Part shown: in pieces, positions 39,861 to 52,556 of the stretch | Position numbering within the stretch: the first letter of the stretch is position 1 | Layout: each line of letters starts with the position of its first letter | From: Epiperipatus broadwayi | Taxonomy: Eukaryota; Animalia; Onychophora | Direction of reading: 5' to 3' | Length of the DNA stretch: 64,000 nucleotides | Assembly: GCA_028023455.1 (NCBI GenBank) | Contig: JAQFVV010000007.1 | Coordinates: 13,516,001-13,580,000 of the forward strand | Made by a program: the position numbers and the translations under genes | The notes under the pieces: model-generated | Seen by the model: the letters and a program-made list of their open reading frames with translations, nothing else | The model's database searches: none | Told to the model about the DNA's origin: nothing

Positions 39861-42800
39861 AGGTGTTTAAATCTATGAGTAAGAGGTCAAGCTATCCTTC
39901 ATAAATCAAATGAATAATTCTATTAAATGGCTATACTTTCTTTTTTTTTTGCTCGCTCATTCAAAATGAGGTTGAAACATTCTGAGAATTGATGGTATAA
40001 AATCTAAAATAATTACTATGATATGATTTGAAACAATGATCAAATAATCACAAATCAATGATGTATTTTCTCCATACCTTCCAAATTAATAATATTTTAT
40101 GCATGCATCTGAATTATGTTACCTGTCATAAAATAATTAATATAGTTAAATCCAATCAGTTTATTTATGAAATTGGGATAAATGTCATAATACAGATGAT
40201 GATAATGGCCAACCAAGCTTTAACACTAATTCTACTTCAGCTGTTCTGTGAGAAAAATCTATTCTACCTTTATTTTTCTTTCTTATCAGCAAATTATCTT
40301 ATACTTGGCCATGAATACATGATAGAGAAAAAGGCTTTCTTAACTCTAATCACTTAAATAACAGAACACATTGACTCCCTAGCTTATTTCTGAGGCTTAA
40401 AAATACTGGTGTGGACATTGTCTTATCACCGTAAAACAAGGGTAATACACTACTTGACTTCACAAATTATAATTATCATAAAATATATAATTGCTTAATC
40501 TGGAAACTATAATCCACTCCTGACAAATATTTCAACAAACTAAGGGAGAGCTCTCTCAATCCCTGACAATACAATATATAATGTAAACAATTTCTTCTGC
40601 ATAACCACTAAATACATTTCAATCTAAGCATAAGAAAAATAATAATAAATTCACTCTTAAATATATCCCTAATCTTTTGACTTTTTTTTGGCAGATGCCA
40701 CCATCCGAAACTGATGGAAATTAAATTATTTCTGCTTTCAATTCAAACATTATATAAATGGATCAAATAACAGACAAATATATAAGCATAATAATGCATA
40801 AACAATTTCAAATCACATCCAATAAAGAAATACTGTAATGACATACAATTTAACTTAAAATTATACTATTTATATCAATAAATACTATACAATTTAAATG
40901 AAGAAAAAATATATAGCAATAATAATGATAAATATAGTTAAATGACCTGATTAGTAGTATTTAAATATGGCCTTTCTAAAATAGTACCATAATTCTAGTG
41001 TTTTTATATTGTGGTCTGGTAATATTTTGATATAGCAGAGATGTAAATATTGCAAAAAGCCATGAGACTTGAAACCTATTTTATTAATCTTGATATTTTC
41101 CAAATAACCAAATTATCATTTCGTTTAGAAGATATTTGATCTATATAAGGTTATAATTGTGCAAACATTAATTTATATCTATGATGATGCAATGTAGATA
41201 TCCTTTATTCAGCAAGTAATTAAGTCATTAAACATTACAAGTGAACATATACTCCTTTCTTCTATGATAATGCTATGGAAATTGAAACAGTTTCTATCTT
41301 GTATATAAATAATTTATAAAGCACATAAAATTATATCAGCATTCAAACATAATCTTTGTGTATATTTTTCTGTAATTAGCATCTAGACTTCATCATTAAA
41401 AAGTAGGTAATAGTTCTTTTTAAAACAAAGAAATATTCCAATGATTTCAAAATACTAATTATTAATTTTTATATTTTCAATCAATTGTCACCTCCCATAA
41501 ATTCCTTAATCATGTCTAGCCAATAAATAAGCAGTATTTTTTCATGCCAGAATTCTATTAGTATTATCGATAATGTTTTATGTGTCTGTAGTACAATGGT
41601 GGATGAAAATTAAAAGTTACAAGATCTGTTTTGAAATAAGCAAAATCTTAGTTTTTTATTTTATTTTGGTAAGGTCAATATATGACTTTCAAAGCATCTT
41701 AACATTTGATTATTTATCCCATATAATTTAGTGGCAGTAAAAGTTGACTAAAAAGAAAATTTTTGTCAAGGAAAGGCAACAAGTTTCAATTTAGTCATCA
41801 GAATATAACATGATTATTTTTGTACTTGGATGCCTTATGGTCACATGATCTCCAAATATCTGGCCATACAATTATTTTTAGAAAAATACATTTATATTAC
41901 TGGTAATAATAAGTTTATTGTTACCACTAATAAAAAGAGAGATATTTCCTTTTACCCATTCATTAAGCTATGCATATTAATCCCTCACTTTATGCACTTG
42001 CCATATGATTGCATGATTTTATGTGATGCTTGAAATCATTAAAGATATTTGAACTCTGTAAAATATATTTGAAACTTATTGCTCCAGATATTGTTTCCAT
42101 TATGATACTTTTTTTATTAAGTGAATGGCATTTTTAAAAAAAAAACACTTCAAAAATGGATGTTGTCTTTGTAAATTATATGTATATAATATAGCACCAA
42201 TATAAGTGACAATTATATTTCTTCTTCTCCAGTCCTACTATTTTGGTATCGAGTAATCTGCAGATATCATATGTGTAATTAGTAATAAAATCCCTATCCA
42301 GGTCTATTTTATTTTATCCCCTAGATTAATTTTCTGCTTATGGTTTTTATCAGTGAGGAGATTGAATCAGTATTTATGGCACTTTGATTTTTTAGATCTA
42401 ATGCATTATTTATCCAGCATCATAATTCACTCCACTTTTCTATATCAAGATATCAATCTGAAATTCAAAAACAACTTAATATGTTGATAATTTGTTTGCA
42501 CATTTATATAATAGCTCACCAGTTTAAAACTCATATATTTTGTTATTTTTACTTTTTTCAATAATTGTAGATATTTTTCAACATGATTATTATATACCCA
42601 AACATATTCACATGTCCTCAGCACATATATTATTTTTAATAAGAAAAATCTATTTTTTTTTACCCAATGCCACTTTAAATAAGCTTGAGTAGTTTACAGA
42701 TGTTAGACGATAATATCTAATAATTTTTTATTCTATCATATCCTCCAACTCATTTCTGGATTCTAGCATTCACACAATGATACAATTAAATTTAAAAATT

Positions 42801-43269
42801 ACATATACTATAACATTAACAAACAATTATCACAGAAAAAATTCTGAACATTTATCATGTGTTTCTCAAATTTAAAAGTAAGTATATAAATGTGTTCACA
42901 TTCTCATTTCTCTTAACAAAAAATAAAATTTTGCTTTACAATGTAAAGAAAGCACATTGAGGCTTTTCTTAGATTTAAATATATGGAAAATTAGACATAA
43001 TTAAGTCAAATTTGACCATAAGTAACACCATTAGTTGAAATATAGTTTGTAGAAAAATTAAATTGTTTTATATTGCAATTATTATTTAAATCATTTTTAA
43101 CTTTTTAACTATTTGACAATTTCTATGTTCCACATAGTGCGAGTTTTTGAAAATGTTCATCCTTTCACTTTAGATCAAATATTGGTTTTATACTAAAATT
43201 CAACAAATTGGACTTGATTTTTCTTAATTTAATTTTAGAGTTGTAATTATAATTTTGTTGAGCACACAG

Positions 43270-43515
43270 GAGGTATGTGTAAATATTTATAAGACAGGCT
43301 TTAATCTGTATCAAATGTGCCTTGAAAATTTTATAATAGTCAAACAATATTATTTTGCTGATAGAGGAACCTCACAAACCACAACACATGATAGTGACTT
43401 TTATAAAAATAAGAGTGGCTCTTATCTTTAACCTAAATTTCTACTTATATAGGCCAAACAGAAACATCCTGATTTGGAAGCATGAAGTTGTTGTTCTCTT
43501 CACTGATTAAGTCCA
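43270..43515. repeat. Unclassified dispersed repeat; inverted partner at 50205-50445, partial direct copy at 43590-43690
   Basis: gagtggct.ttatctttaacct...tggaagcatgaagttgttgttctct.cactg.ttaagtccac has its reverse complement at 50205-50330. Confidence 0.75.
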
Positions 43516-44349
43516 CAATTTCCTTTACCAATTAACCTTCATGAAATCTTGTGATTTACAGTGATTTAATGTTGTGATCTTAATACTGAAAAATCTATAA
43601 ATTATTGTAGGGTTGTAATTATAATTTTTTTGAGTGCACAGGAAGTATATGTATGTAAATACTTAACCTGTATCAAATGTGCCTTATAAATGTATAAGAT
43701 TTTTAAATATTCTAGTTTGATCTTTTTAAATATTTAAAAACTGATTTGTAAATAAGAACAATGTATTGTAAATGTCATCAACAAAGTTATTGTTAACACA
43801 TTTTCAGAATTTTTTTTTTTTTTAAACATGACTTAACAAAGATAGATTTATGATAAATCTATCAAATTTTGCTTTAAAATGTAATATCTACTTTATAATT
43901 ATGAAAATATTTTAAAAAATTATAATTGTATCAATCAATTTTGACTGGTGATGACAAAACCTTGTCAAGAAGGAAAGAATATCTTTAAAAAATCGTTACT
44001 TTAGAAAACAATAGAGACAAATTGATTGATATTTTATAATTATCCATAAGATGCTTACTTTTTCAGAATTATTAAATTAAAAAAATCAATAAAGGCAATA
44101 TAGCTGAGTTCATGATATTAAAAAAAATCCTGCATCATTATGAAGTATGAAAGTAGTAAAACCGTATTTTAATGCTAAAAAGACTACTACACTTTATCTG
44201 AAGAAAACAACTACTTCTTTTAAATAAATATGAAAATTATTTAGTTAAAACTACCACAAATATTGAAAAGTAAAAACATATTCATATATTGTGTCAAAAA
44301 GTATTTTTCTGTTTCATATCAATTTGTTATTTCTTAGTAATTATAAAAA

Positions 44350-44930
44350 TATGATATGTTAAACCACTAAACATCACATGATCACCATTATTTATGCTTA
44401 TATAAACAGAGGCTAAATCCATACAGGAGTTCCATTCAGTGCAAGTCTGAATAATCCATGGATGCAAGAAGGTTTGTGCATAAAATCCTCGTATAGTGCC
44501 TACCTTTCCAATATCCTCAGAGTAGTTTCTAGCTTGTGGCTTTATCAGTGAGGGGCCTTGAATCTGAAAGCATAGCATCTATATCTTAGGATCTTATGCA
44601 ATCTTCCAGCAGTCTTCCTTTTACCTTATTAGCTAATGAGCTTGAATTGAAAATATTTTTGTTTTTCATTTTGAACTCAAAGCTTTATAGTTAGCTAATA
44701 AAAGATGGATTCTGGAAGGTTGCTCGAGATCCTAAGATCTAGGTGCAGCTCTCTCAGATACAAGGCTCCTCACCGATGAAAGCCACAAGCTAGAAACTAG
44801 TCTGAGGATATTAGATGAGGTAGCACTAGATGGGGATTTTATGCAAAAACGTTCTTGCATCCATTGATTATTCTGGCTTGCAGAATGTTACACTATTGTA
44901 TGGAGATGTATTTATATGTTGGACTATTTC
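44350..44930. mobile_element. Family-2 fold-back element carrying two divergent hammerheads
   Basis: 44450-44640 is the reverse complement of 44685-44875. Plus HHR 44768-44807; minus HHR 44515-44553. Confidence 0.8.
44768..44807 (+). ncRNA. Minimal type I hammerhead (family 2), GUC site, palindromic ACTAGT stem III
   Basis: CCTCA-CCGATGA-A-AGC(cacaa)GCT-A-GAA-ACTAGT-C-TGAGG; perfect 5-bp stem I, U4->C substitution. Confidence 0.75.
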
Positions 44931-45021
44931 CATCATCTAATATGAGAGAAAAATTTAACTTTATGTAAATATTCCAAATACATTTAACTGTTAGTAACAG
45001 CACATCAAACAGACTAGTATA

Positions 45022-45066
45022 TGTCCAATGTTTCAAAGGGTATTATTCTCCCCTCTTCTTCAAGCT
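45022..45066 (-). ncRNA. Degenerate hammerhead downstream of the PLE GIY-YIG ORF
   Basis: (C)TTGAAGA-AGAGGG(gagaataata)CCCTTT-GAA-ACAT-T-GG; ACAT is the CpG-decay product of palindromic ACGT; stem I poorly preserved. Confidence 0.5.
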
Positions 45067-45189
45067 TTGTGGGCCTGGCCAGTGGCAGTACTAGCATAGT
45101 AATCAAATCTGGATCTTTAGATTTTTTAGTATTGAATTTTAAGATAATATTCTAATCAATTAAGCCATCCTGCCAAAGGCGACAGTCAA

Positions 45190-45720
45190 TAGAAATGTCA
45201 TCTTCTTATCTATGAGATTACACCTGATTTCTCCACTTTTTCTTCTTAAGAGCAAAGTTGATTAGTAGTTTCTATACATTATGTATTATCACACTAGGTT
45301 GACTTATGGGTTTGCTTATCATAATTATGTGGTTAGCTTTTTTAAATTTTATTCTTTGTAGCTTTTCTTCTCTCTCTAATATTTTAGTGTTTTCTCAATT
45401 GAACATGTGTTCATTGGTACATACATGGTCTGCTATCTTAGACACATCTGTTTTTTCTCTAATCATCAGTTTGTGTTCTTGCAAGCACTTTTCAATGGAA
45501 TGACTGGTCTTAATCATATATGTTCTTTCACATTCATAAGATATTTAATAGAAGTCTTTTTTTTGCATTTTAAGTTTAGGCTTTGTAGCTGTTAGAATTC
45601 CTCATTGTGTAGTATGGCTCTGGAAGGATGTTCTGAGATTTTCTTTAATTTCTCTGCTATTTTTGGTAAGTATATGCACACTACAGTAACAATAATCTTT
45701 TTTTATGGTTCTTTTTGTTA
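45190..45720 (-). mobile_element. Penelope-like element GIY-YIG endonuclease remnant (not in ORF track)
   Basis: Minus reading with stops: IYLPKIAEKLKKI...ISYECERTYMIKTSHSIEKCLQEHKLMIREKTDVSKIADHVCTNEHMFN*ENTKILEREEKLQRIKFKKANHI, fitting CxxxYIGxTxRxLxxRxxEH...IAxH....HxFNWENTKIL. Confidence 0.8.
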
Positions 45721-47039
45721 TTTATTTAAGGTCATTATTCAGGCTATCAACACCTGAAGAAAAGAGGAAAATAATACCTCTTGAAATGTTGTGCATATAC
45801 TAACTTTTTTGATGTGTTATTACTAACAGTTGAAAGTATTTGGAATATTTTAATAAAGTTAAATTTTTCTAAAGACATTCAATACACATATTAGATGATA
45901 GAAACAGTCCATCATATAAATACAACTAAAACACCATCATCACAAACCTTCAGAAAAATATTGTATGGAGAGTTAATCTCTGTGTTAATAAAATATAGTT
46001 TATATGTATTAATAAATATGACTTTATAATAAATGAAATTATGTTCAATAAAAACAATAAACCTTCAGGATATATGAAAATATATCTTTCAGCTTGATAA
46101 ATAATGGCATAAAAGTTTTATATTGCATTGAAGAATGGGTGATTGAAATGAATGCTGTTTCATCTAAATAGACCTGATGTCTAAGTAAACAAATCTAAAA
46201 TTGTAGATTTATTGTAATTATAAATAGAGTATTAAATATAAAAGGACTATAATAAAAAGTAACAAATCTTTTCACCCAAAATAACTGTGGGAAACAAAAT
46301 AAAATAAACAATGCCAGATTAAGATAGCCTAGACAAAAATCAGCTAAAAAATCTATCAGTATTAACTTTGCCCTTTGGGCCATTTTGAACAAAAAACATT
46401 TATTTAATATTTTGTAGCAAATAACGTTACTAGTATAAATTAAAATTTTTTATTAAATACCTACCTGTCTGAATGAACATGAAAATTTAAAAAAATGGTT
46501 GAGAGTGATTTTATATAGGTTTGCATACATGATTTTGGAGATCAATTGAACAGATAAAAGTAAGACATGCATATAACAAATAATACATAAAATGAATTAT
46601 TGCAGGTAGATTATTATTATTCAAACACAACTAAATCAAAATCTTTTAATATCTGAATAAAAATATTGTTTTGATATATTATATTCATTACTAGTATATA
46701 AAAATTGTGTGCTGATTATAATCATATTCTCAATTTTTTTGTTTTGTTTTTGTCAGTGCATCTTCCATCTCAATCTACCATACAACAATCATCAAGCCAG
46801 CATAAAATATCAAATACCTCTTTCTAACTTTGTATGATTAAAAGTTATTTGTGAAATACATGCATCGTGAGAGAGGATGGCCTGAATTTCAGCACAGTTG
46901 TTGCGATCACAATAGAGTGGAATTAGAAAATAAAGATTGCATTGATGAGCATTTTATGCAGTGTGATACAGTAAAAATACAACTGGTTTTCTCTCCAAGT
47001 TACCCATAGTAATATCTCTAAATCAGTTTGTGGTAAATA

Positions 47040-47370
47040 GTAACTTAGTTTAAACTATTTTACCCCAATAATTTAATTTGTTATTGTATCTGGATTATTA
47101 GTTATGACATAAAATGTGACATATGCTTCATATCTTATATGATCAATTTTGATGTTTTTCATGTCATAAAATAATTTTGCAAAGTGTGTCACAGTGAAAA
47201 GATGAATAGTGCTTTCTCCAAATTGCTGACAGCATTATTCCTAAATTAGAACATTATTATGTAGTAACTTAGTTTAAATTATTCTATACCAAAAGTTTAA
47301 TTTGCTAACATATCTAGATGACTTATTACATGATATGAAATGTGGTATAGTCTTCATATCTTAAATGATA
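47040..47370. repeat. Degenerate ~225-bp tandem duplication
   Basis: taacttagtttaaa.tatt...ccaa.a.tttaatttg.ta..tatct.gat...atga.at.aaatgtg..ata..cttcatatctta.atgat occurs twice. Confidence 0.7.
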
Positions 47371-48649
47371 ACATTGATGCCCTTCCTATTATTAAGGAAT
47401 TTTGCAATGCATCAGATAACATTTCAGTAATTTCAAATCCTTCATTAAGAGCTTTGTCTAATTTAAACCAAAATTTAATGTGGCATATCTTTCTGTCTTA
47501 GGTTAACGTATGAAAAAGGCTGTCCTTTTTTATGTCACAACTTATAATTTATTAATGTTATCATTAAAATTTTTATAGTGAATAGCTAAACTATTTTACT
47601 AAGTTACACGTGTGTTGATTCAGAGAATTTGGCAGTTGTAAGGAAAATCAGTATCATAAGTCACTTTTCAATATATACAAACTATAGAAAGTGCAACTAA
47701 TATTTATTTAAATTTTTAACAGAATTTATCTTTTATATTGAGGAGTAAAAGTTTTAAAATCTGGACATTTCCCAAATGTAAAAAGCTCTGGGATCAGAGG
47801 AATCTGGAAGTGAGAACTAATATATTTTAATATTGGGTCAGTGGGTCCAATACTAATTGGTCAAAAATAAAAATCCATTTATATTAGTAACACTAATTGT
47901 ATTACTTCTATTATTTTAAAGAAAATTGATTGATATTTTCAAAATTACTTTCTTTTCAGTTTTTCTTTCATGCACAGAAAGGGTCATTATCCCTGAATTG
48001 TCCTTAAAAAAGATACACACAAACACATATTTCAAATACTGTTTTATTACCTTACAGAATTTTTTTTATAGCGGTCACTCAAGGAATAATTGGTAAAATT
48101 AGACTTGTAGTTAATGGTCTATTTTTATCTTTGCAGAGCGTTATTACGATTCCCACATTAAAGTACACATTTACAGCGGCTATTTTAAAACAAATCGAAA
48201 CTCCCTGCTGCTAACAGCAACACTGAAATCCTGTAGGTCTGTGCCAAGTAATTGCAAGAGTTATAAAATCTAAAAAAAAAAAAATCTATTTTGTTTTTAT
48301 TAATTTATCATAACATTCAGTTCATTCTGCTTCATTTAATTTCTTGTTTATGAGTTTGTTTTAAAAGTTTAGTTTCAATGTACTACAAAGATAAAAATGT
48401 ATATTTTACATATATATGTTATTAATTATTATTTATACCCTGTGTGTATTTACTATAGTGTCATATTTTGGTAAGATTATTCTCCAATGCTGACACATCA
48501 AGCGGTTGAACTTCTTATAAATTCTCAATAAGTAAACCAATTGATTACATATTATTTTATTTAAATATAAGAAAATTATGCTAATTATTTAGTTATTTAT
48601 TATGCATAAAAATGTGCATAATATATTCCATCATCAGATTATCAATGGT

Positions 48650-48954
48650 ATGATGGCGGAAGAGATTGAAGAGTTAGAGTTTGGAGTAGATTGAAGCCTG
48701 TCCATTAAAGTATGAGGATTTGATATCTTAATATAAACTGAGCACTGATTATATATATATGGGAGATGATAATCTAGACCAACTGATGAGTGCTGGTTCA
48801 GCACAAAATACATATATTGGTCATTATTTATTTTTCTACATGTATGTGCTTATGTATATCAATCATATGAGATAGTGTGGATAGTTGAAGGGTGCTTGAA
48901 AGTTTGTGTTCACATCCCTTATATTTACAATTAAGCTCCAGGTATATGAAGAAT
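48650..48954 (+). mobile_element. Family-1 unit (PLE pLTR-like) with HHR; 3' tail continues at 49191-49215 after the RTE insertion
   Basis: gattgaagcctgtccattaaagt..atcttaatataaactgag...HHR...gatagttgaagggtgcttgaaag...ctccaggtatatgaagaat. Confidence 0.8.
48777..48822 (+). ncRNA. Minimal type I hammerhead (family 1)
   Basis: GACCAA-CTGATGA-GTGCTG(gtt)CAGCAC-AAA-ATACATAT-A-TTGGTC; perfect 6-bp stems I and II; G12->A, probably by CpG decay. Confidence 0.8.
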
Positions 48955-49190
48955 AAGTGGAGTTGGGCTGGAAATATTGCGAGAAGAGATGACAATAAAT
49001 AGACAATTGAAGTTTTAAACTGGATTCTAAGAGAGTCTAAAAGACCCAGAAAGAGACCACATGTAAGATGGATGGATAAAATAAGAAAGTGTGCAGGGGT
49101 GATGCAGAGAAGAGAAGCTAAAGATCAGAGAAGATAAATTGACCTTAGAGAGACCTTCATTCTGCAGTGGATTGATAATGATTGATGATG
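48955..49190 (+). mobile_element. Short RTE 3' insertion with 11-bp TSD (atatgaagaat)
   Basis: TSD at 48944-48954 and 49191-49201; RTE 3' end ttcattctgcagtggattgat and (GAT)n tail. Confidence 0.88.
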
Positions 49191-49419
49191 ATATGAAGAA
49201 TGCCTGTATTTCAAATATTATGCATAAGCATTTTTATTAAAGTGTTTAACCATTAACAAAATAACACCAAAATAGGTGTAGATTCCAATCAGGAAATATA
49301 ATTCACTAGTGGTTTTAGTATATATTTCAATTCTGCCATTGTAGACATTGATTTGATATTTAATGACTATTTGATTCATGGTTTTGTGTTTGACCATAAG
49401 GTAATCATTCAGTCACTAT

Positions 49420-50050
49420 TAAATATCATGTATGAATCAGATGAACACACCATGCATTGTTCAAAATTTATTAATAAAATTCCAATATTGTGCATGGAGT
49501 TCTAATCTAGCTGGCTTTACTTTTGAATATGGAAAAATAAATTTGTTTAGAAATCTTAAAAAGTTTGCTTTTGTATTATAATAAATTTGGCATTCACTAA
49601 CTATGCTGTTCATAGTTTGTGTTATCTCTATACTACAGTTCAAATTAAATACCTATTTATGAATCAGATGAACACAATAATGATCAGTTTTCCTGATCTC
49701 TTAATGAGATGCCAATAATTTTCAGGGAGATTAAATCTAACTGGTTTTATTTTTAGAGGAGAATAAAAAAATTGTTTGAAACTTATAGTTTTTTTTTTGC
49801 ATCATAATACATTTGACATTCTCTAATTATGTAGTTTATGTTTCATGGTTTGCTTTTAGAAGTTAATAGTTATTAAACACCATTTACAAGATGAGCTTTA
49901 TGACTACAGGTTATCCTGAATCCATTAATGAAAATGCCAATAACATCTAGGATTATCAAATTAGCTGGCCTTATGTATATACAGAAAAATACATTTGTTT
50001 AAAAACTCATTAAAAATGTTATTTTTGTATCATAATCTTTCTCTGGTAGA
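49420..50050. repeat. Degenerate ~230-bp tandem repeat, ~3 units
   Basis: tatgaatcagatgaacaca at ~49430 and ~49658; aatcta.ctgg.ttta...aaaaa.a.attt.gttt..aaa.t..ta...tttgtat.ataat recurs three times. Confidence 0.65.
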
Positions 50051-51294
50051 TTCCTTCAATATTGAGATAAAAGCTGATTAAGATAACACTTCAATGTAAT
50101 TGTCAGATTATATTTTGTATTATTTGGCAAATCCAATTTACTTAACAGCTTTTTGTAAAGTTGTAATCATTTATTAAGCACATGGCAAGCATATGTATAT
50201 AAAATAGTGGACTTAAACAGTGGAGAGAACAACAACTTCATGCTTCCAAATCAAGATGCTTCTGATTGGCCTACATAAGTGGAAAGGTAGGTTAAAGATA
50301 AGACAGCCACTCTTATCTTTATAATAAATGTTATCTTGTGTCATGATTTGTGGTCCCTCTATTGGCAAAATAAAGATATTGCTTGCCTATTATAAATTTC
50401 AATGCACATTTGACACAGGTTAAAGCCTGTCTTGAAGTATACTAACAGCATTTTATAGATTTTCTGATGGACAACTTAGAGGAATATATGAAATGTCAGT
50501 AAGTCACTTCAGTAGAGTAGTTTGAATGTATTAATAATGTTTTATATAGAAGATTTAATTGAGTATCCAGATGTGGGGTTTAGCTTTTTTTTAAATATCG
50601 GTTAGCATATAGATATTTACTTATTTTTAGAGTAGTAGTTGAAAATACCATGTTAATCAAGTATGCCACTATAAGAATACAATTTGGTTGCAAGCAAGAT
50701 AAGGCCTACTCATATGAATTCTAAATTCTAAGTTTATCTTTTTTGTTGTTTAATTTATATAAGTATATATATTTTAATGACATGCTTGTATTCCGTATGA
50801 ATATTTGGAAACATTTTTGGCTATCTGTCAGTTATCCAAGTAAGCCAAATTTTTTAGATAATCATTCTATATTTAACATAGCAAGCTATTCAATTATTGG
50901 TCAGTAAATTGATATTTAACTCTTTTTGGGCAGCATGTGATATATGAAAGAAAATAATGTGAAACTCTCACCAAATTGAAGATGCCTACCTCGTGACTAC
51001 CATCTTTTTTGCTATTACTCAATCATTTTGCAATGAATGTTTTTAACAAATTGATTTATTTTTTATTATATTCATATGTTTTATTAACATTATTTGTTTT
51101 AAAAAAATCTGCATGTAAAATGTATGTGTTAAAAGTGCACATATTCGCGAAGAAAGTTTAATTAACTTGTCTACACTATATGCCTGCTACAGAGATAACC
51201 CGACATTGACAGTAGCCTAAAACAAAGGAATATTAAATTTATATGTAAATAGTTATTAATATCTGATTGAATACAAGTATAATTTATATACTTG

Positions 51295-51565
51295 GGGGTT
51301 TTAGATGTAAATTATAAGGGACTTGAAAACATACTTTCAGGCTCTCTTTGGCTATCTCCTCTATCTTATACAACCACTACACATGAGCACACATGTGTAA
51401 AAAGTTAAATAACCTCTAATATATGTGAGGGAGATGATAATTTGGACCAACTTATGAGTACTAAGTTCAGCTCAAAATACATATATTGGAGATCATTTAT
51501 CTGTTTCATATGTGTGTAGTCATGTGGACACTGAACAGAGCTTGAAGGTCTGTGCTCAAAATTTT
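51295..51565 (+). mobile_element. Family-1 fold-back copy with degenerate HHR at 51445-51491
   Basis: Inverted left arm, then ggaccaa-cttatga-gtactaagttcagctc-aaa-atacatat-a-ttggag. Confidence 0.65.
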
Positions 51566-51567
51566 TG

Positions 51568-51602
<35 letters not shown>

Positions 51603-52556
51603 CTAATAAAGATTTTACTTAAAATAAAATTAAAAAAATAATTTTGTTTTTATATCTTAACAACTTAAAACTTGTAATACTGCAGAACAATGACTAAAAA
51701 AGATATGAACAATTGTAACAATTATTGTTACCAATAATATGCAATGCAAACTGAGAACAAAGATTATAATTATCAAAAGAAGACTATTTCAACAAAAAAC
51801 TTTGTGAAAATTACACAATAATTTTTAAATATTGGTAAAATTAAAAAATATACCAAAAAAAGAGGCTAAATTAAATTGCAAAATGATACAACAGGTCCTA
51901 GTTCACTATCTGTTTTACTTAGGTTCCCACTCCATAAAATAGTATTTGAAATAAGCAAAACCAAAGAAGGACCATTTCCCAAAAAATATACTCTTATTGT
52001 TTTAAGCCAGTTACACAAAATAGATGGGTCTAAATCATTATTGAACCTTGATAATAATGATGCCTTAGATTTGCTTGACTCCAAGAAAAACCAGGCAAAC
52101 ATCATGAAGTTCAATTTCTAAAATTCACATTAGGGTATTTATTTTAGTACTAATATGATCAGTAACACAACTTATGAAACAAGTACCATTTGGAGGGGGG
52201 AGAGTGGATCTAAATGTTTATAGACACAAATATTTATGAACAGCTTTTCTCACATAACATCAATTATCTATTTGTATTTTACAAAATTACTGCCTATTTG
52301 ACAAGAAGTTACTGTTATTGTGCCCATGACTATCCATTTACTTTGTAGAGCTACTACTATCATTGCCAGAGTTAAGACTAGAATATTTTTATAAACATAA
52401 AAAGGAATCTGAAAAATGCTTAACCTTAACAGCGTTATTATATCATTAAAGATATGTTGTTGCACATGTTGTTTTATGCACATTCCATTTGACTTATTAG
52501 CTTTACAAGTGTAGCCTAGATCTTCAACATTAAAAGAACTTAAACTAATATAGCAT

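Noticed and set aside
47972-48003. GGG-TCATTAT-CCC-TGAA, similar to family-3 stem II
   Set aside because: Core (CAGAAA) and stems I and III are too degraded, and no flanking family similarity was seen.
48436-48450. taccctgt resembling the miR-10 seed
   Set aside because: The remainder does not match miR-10 and there is no hairpin; I found no conserved miRNA (let-7, miR-100, miR-10, iab-4) by eye.
51866-52121. Overlapping 81/82-aa ORFs on both strands
   Set aside because: No recognisable domain; possibly LINE ORF1 debris upstream of the APE-like remnant, but unsupported.
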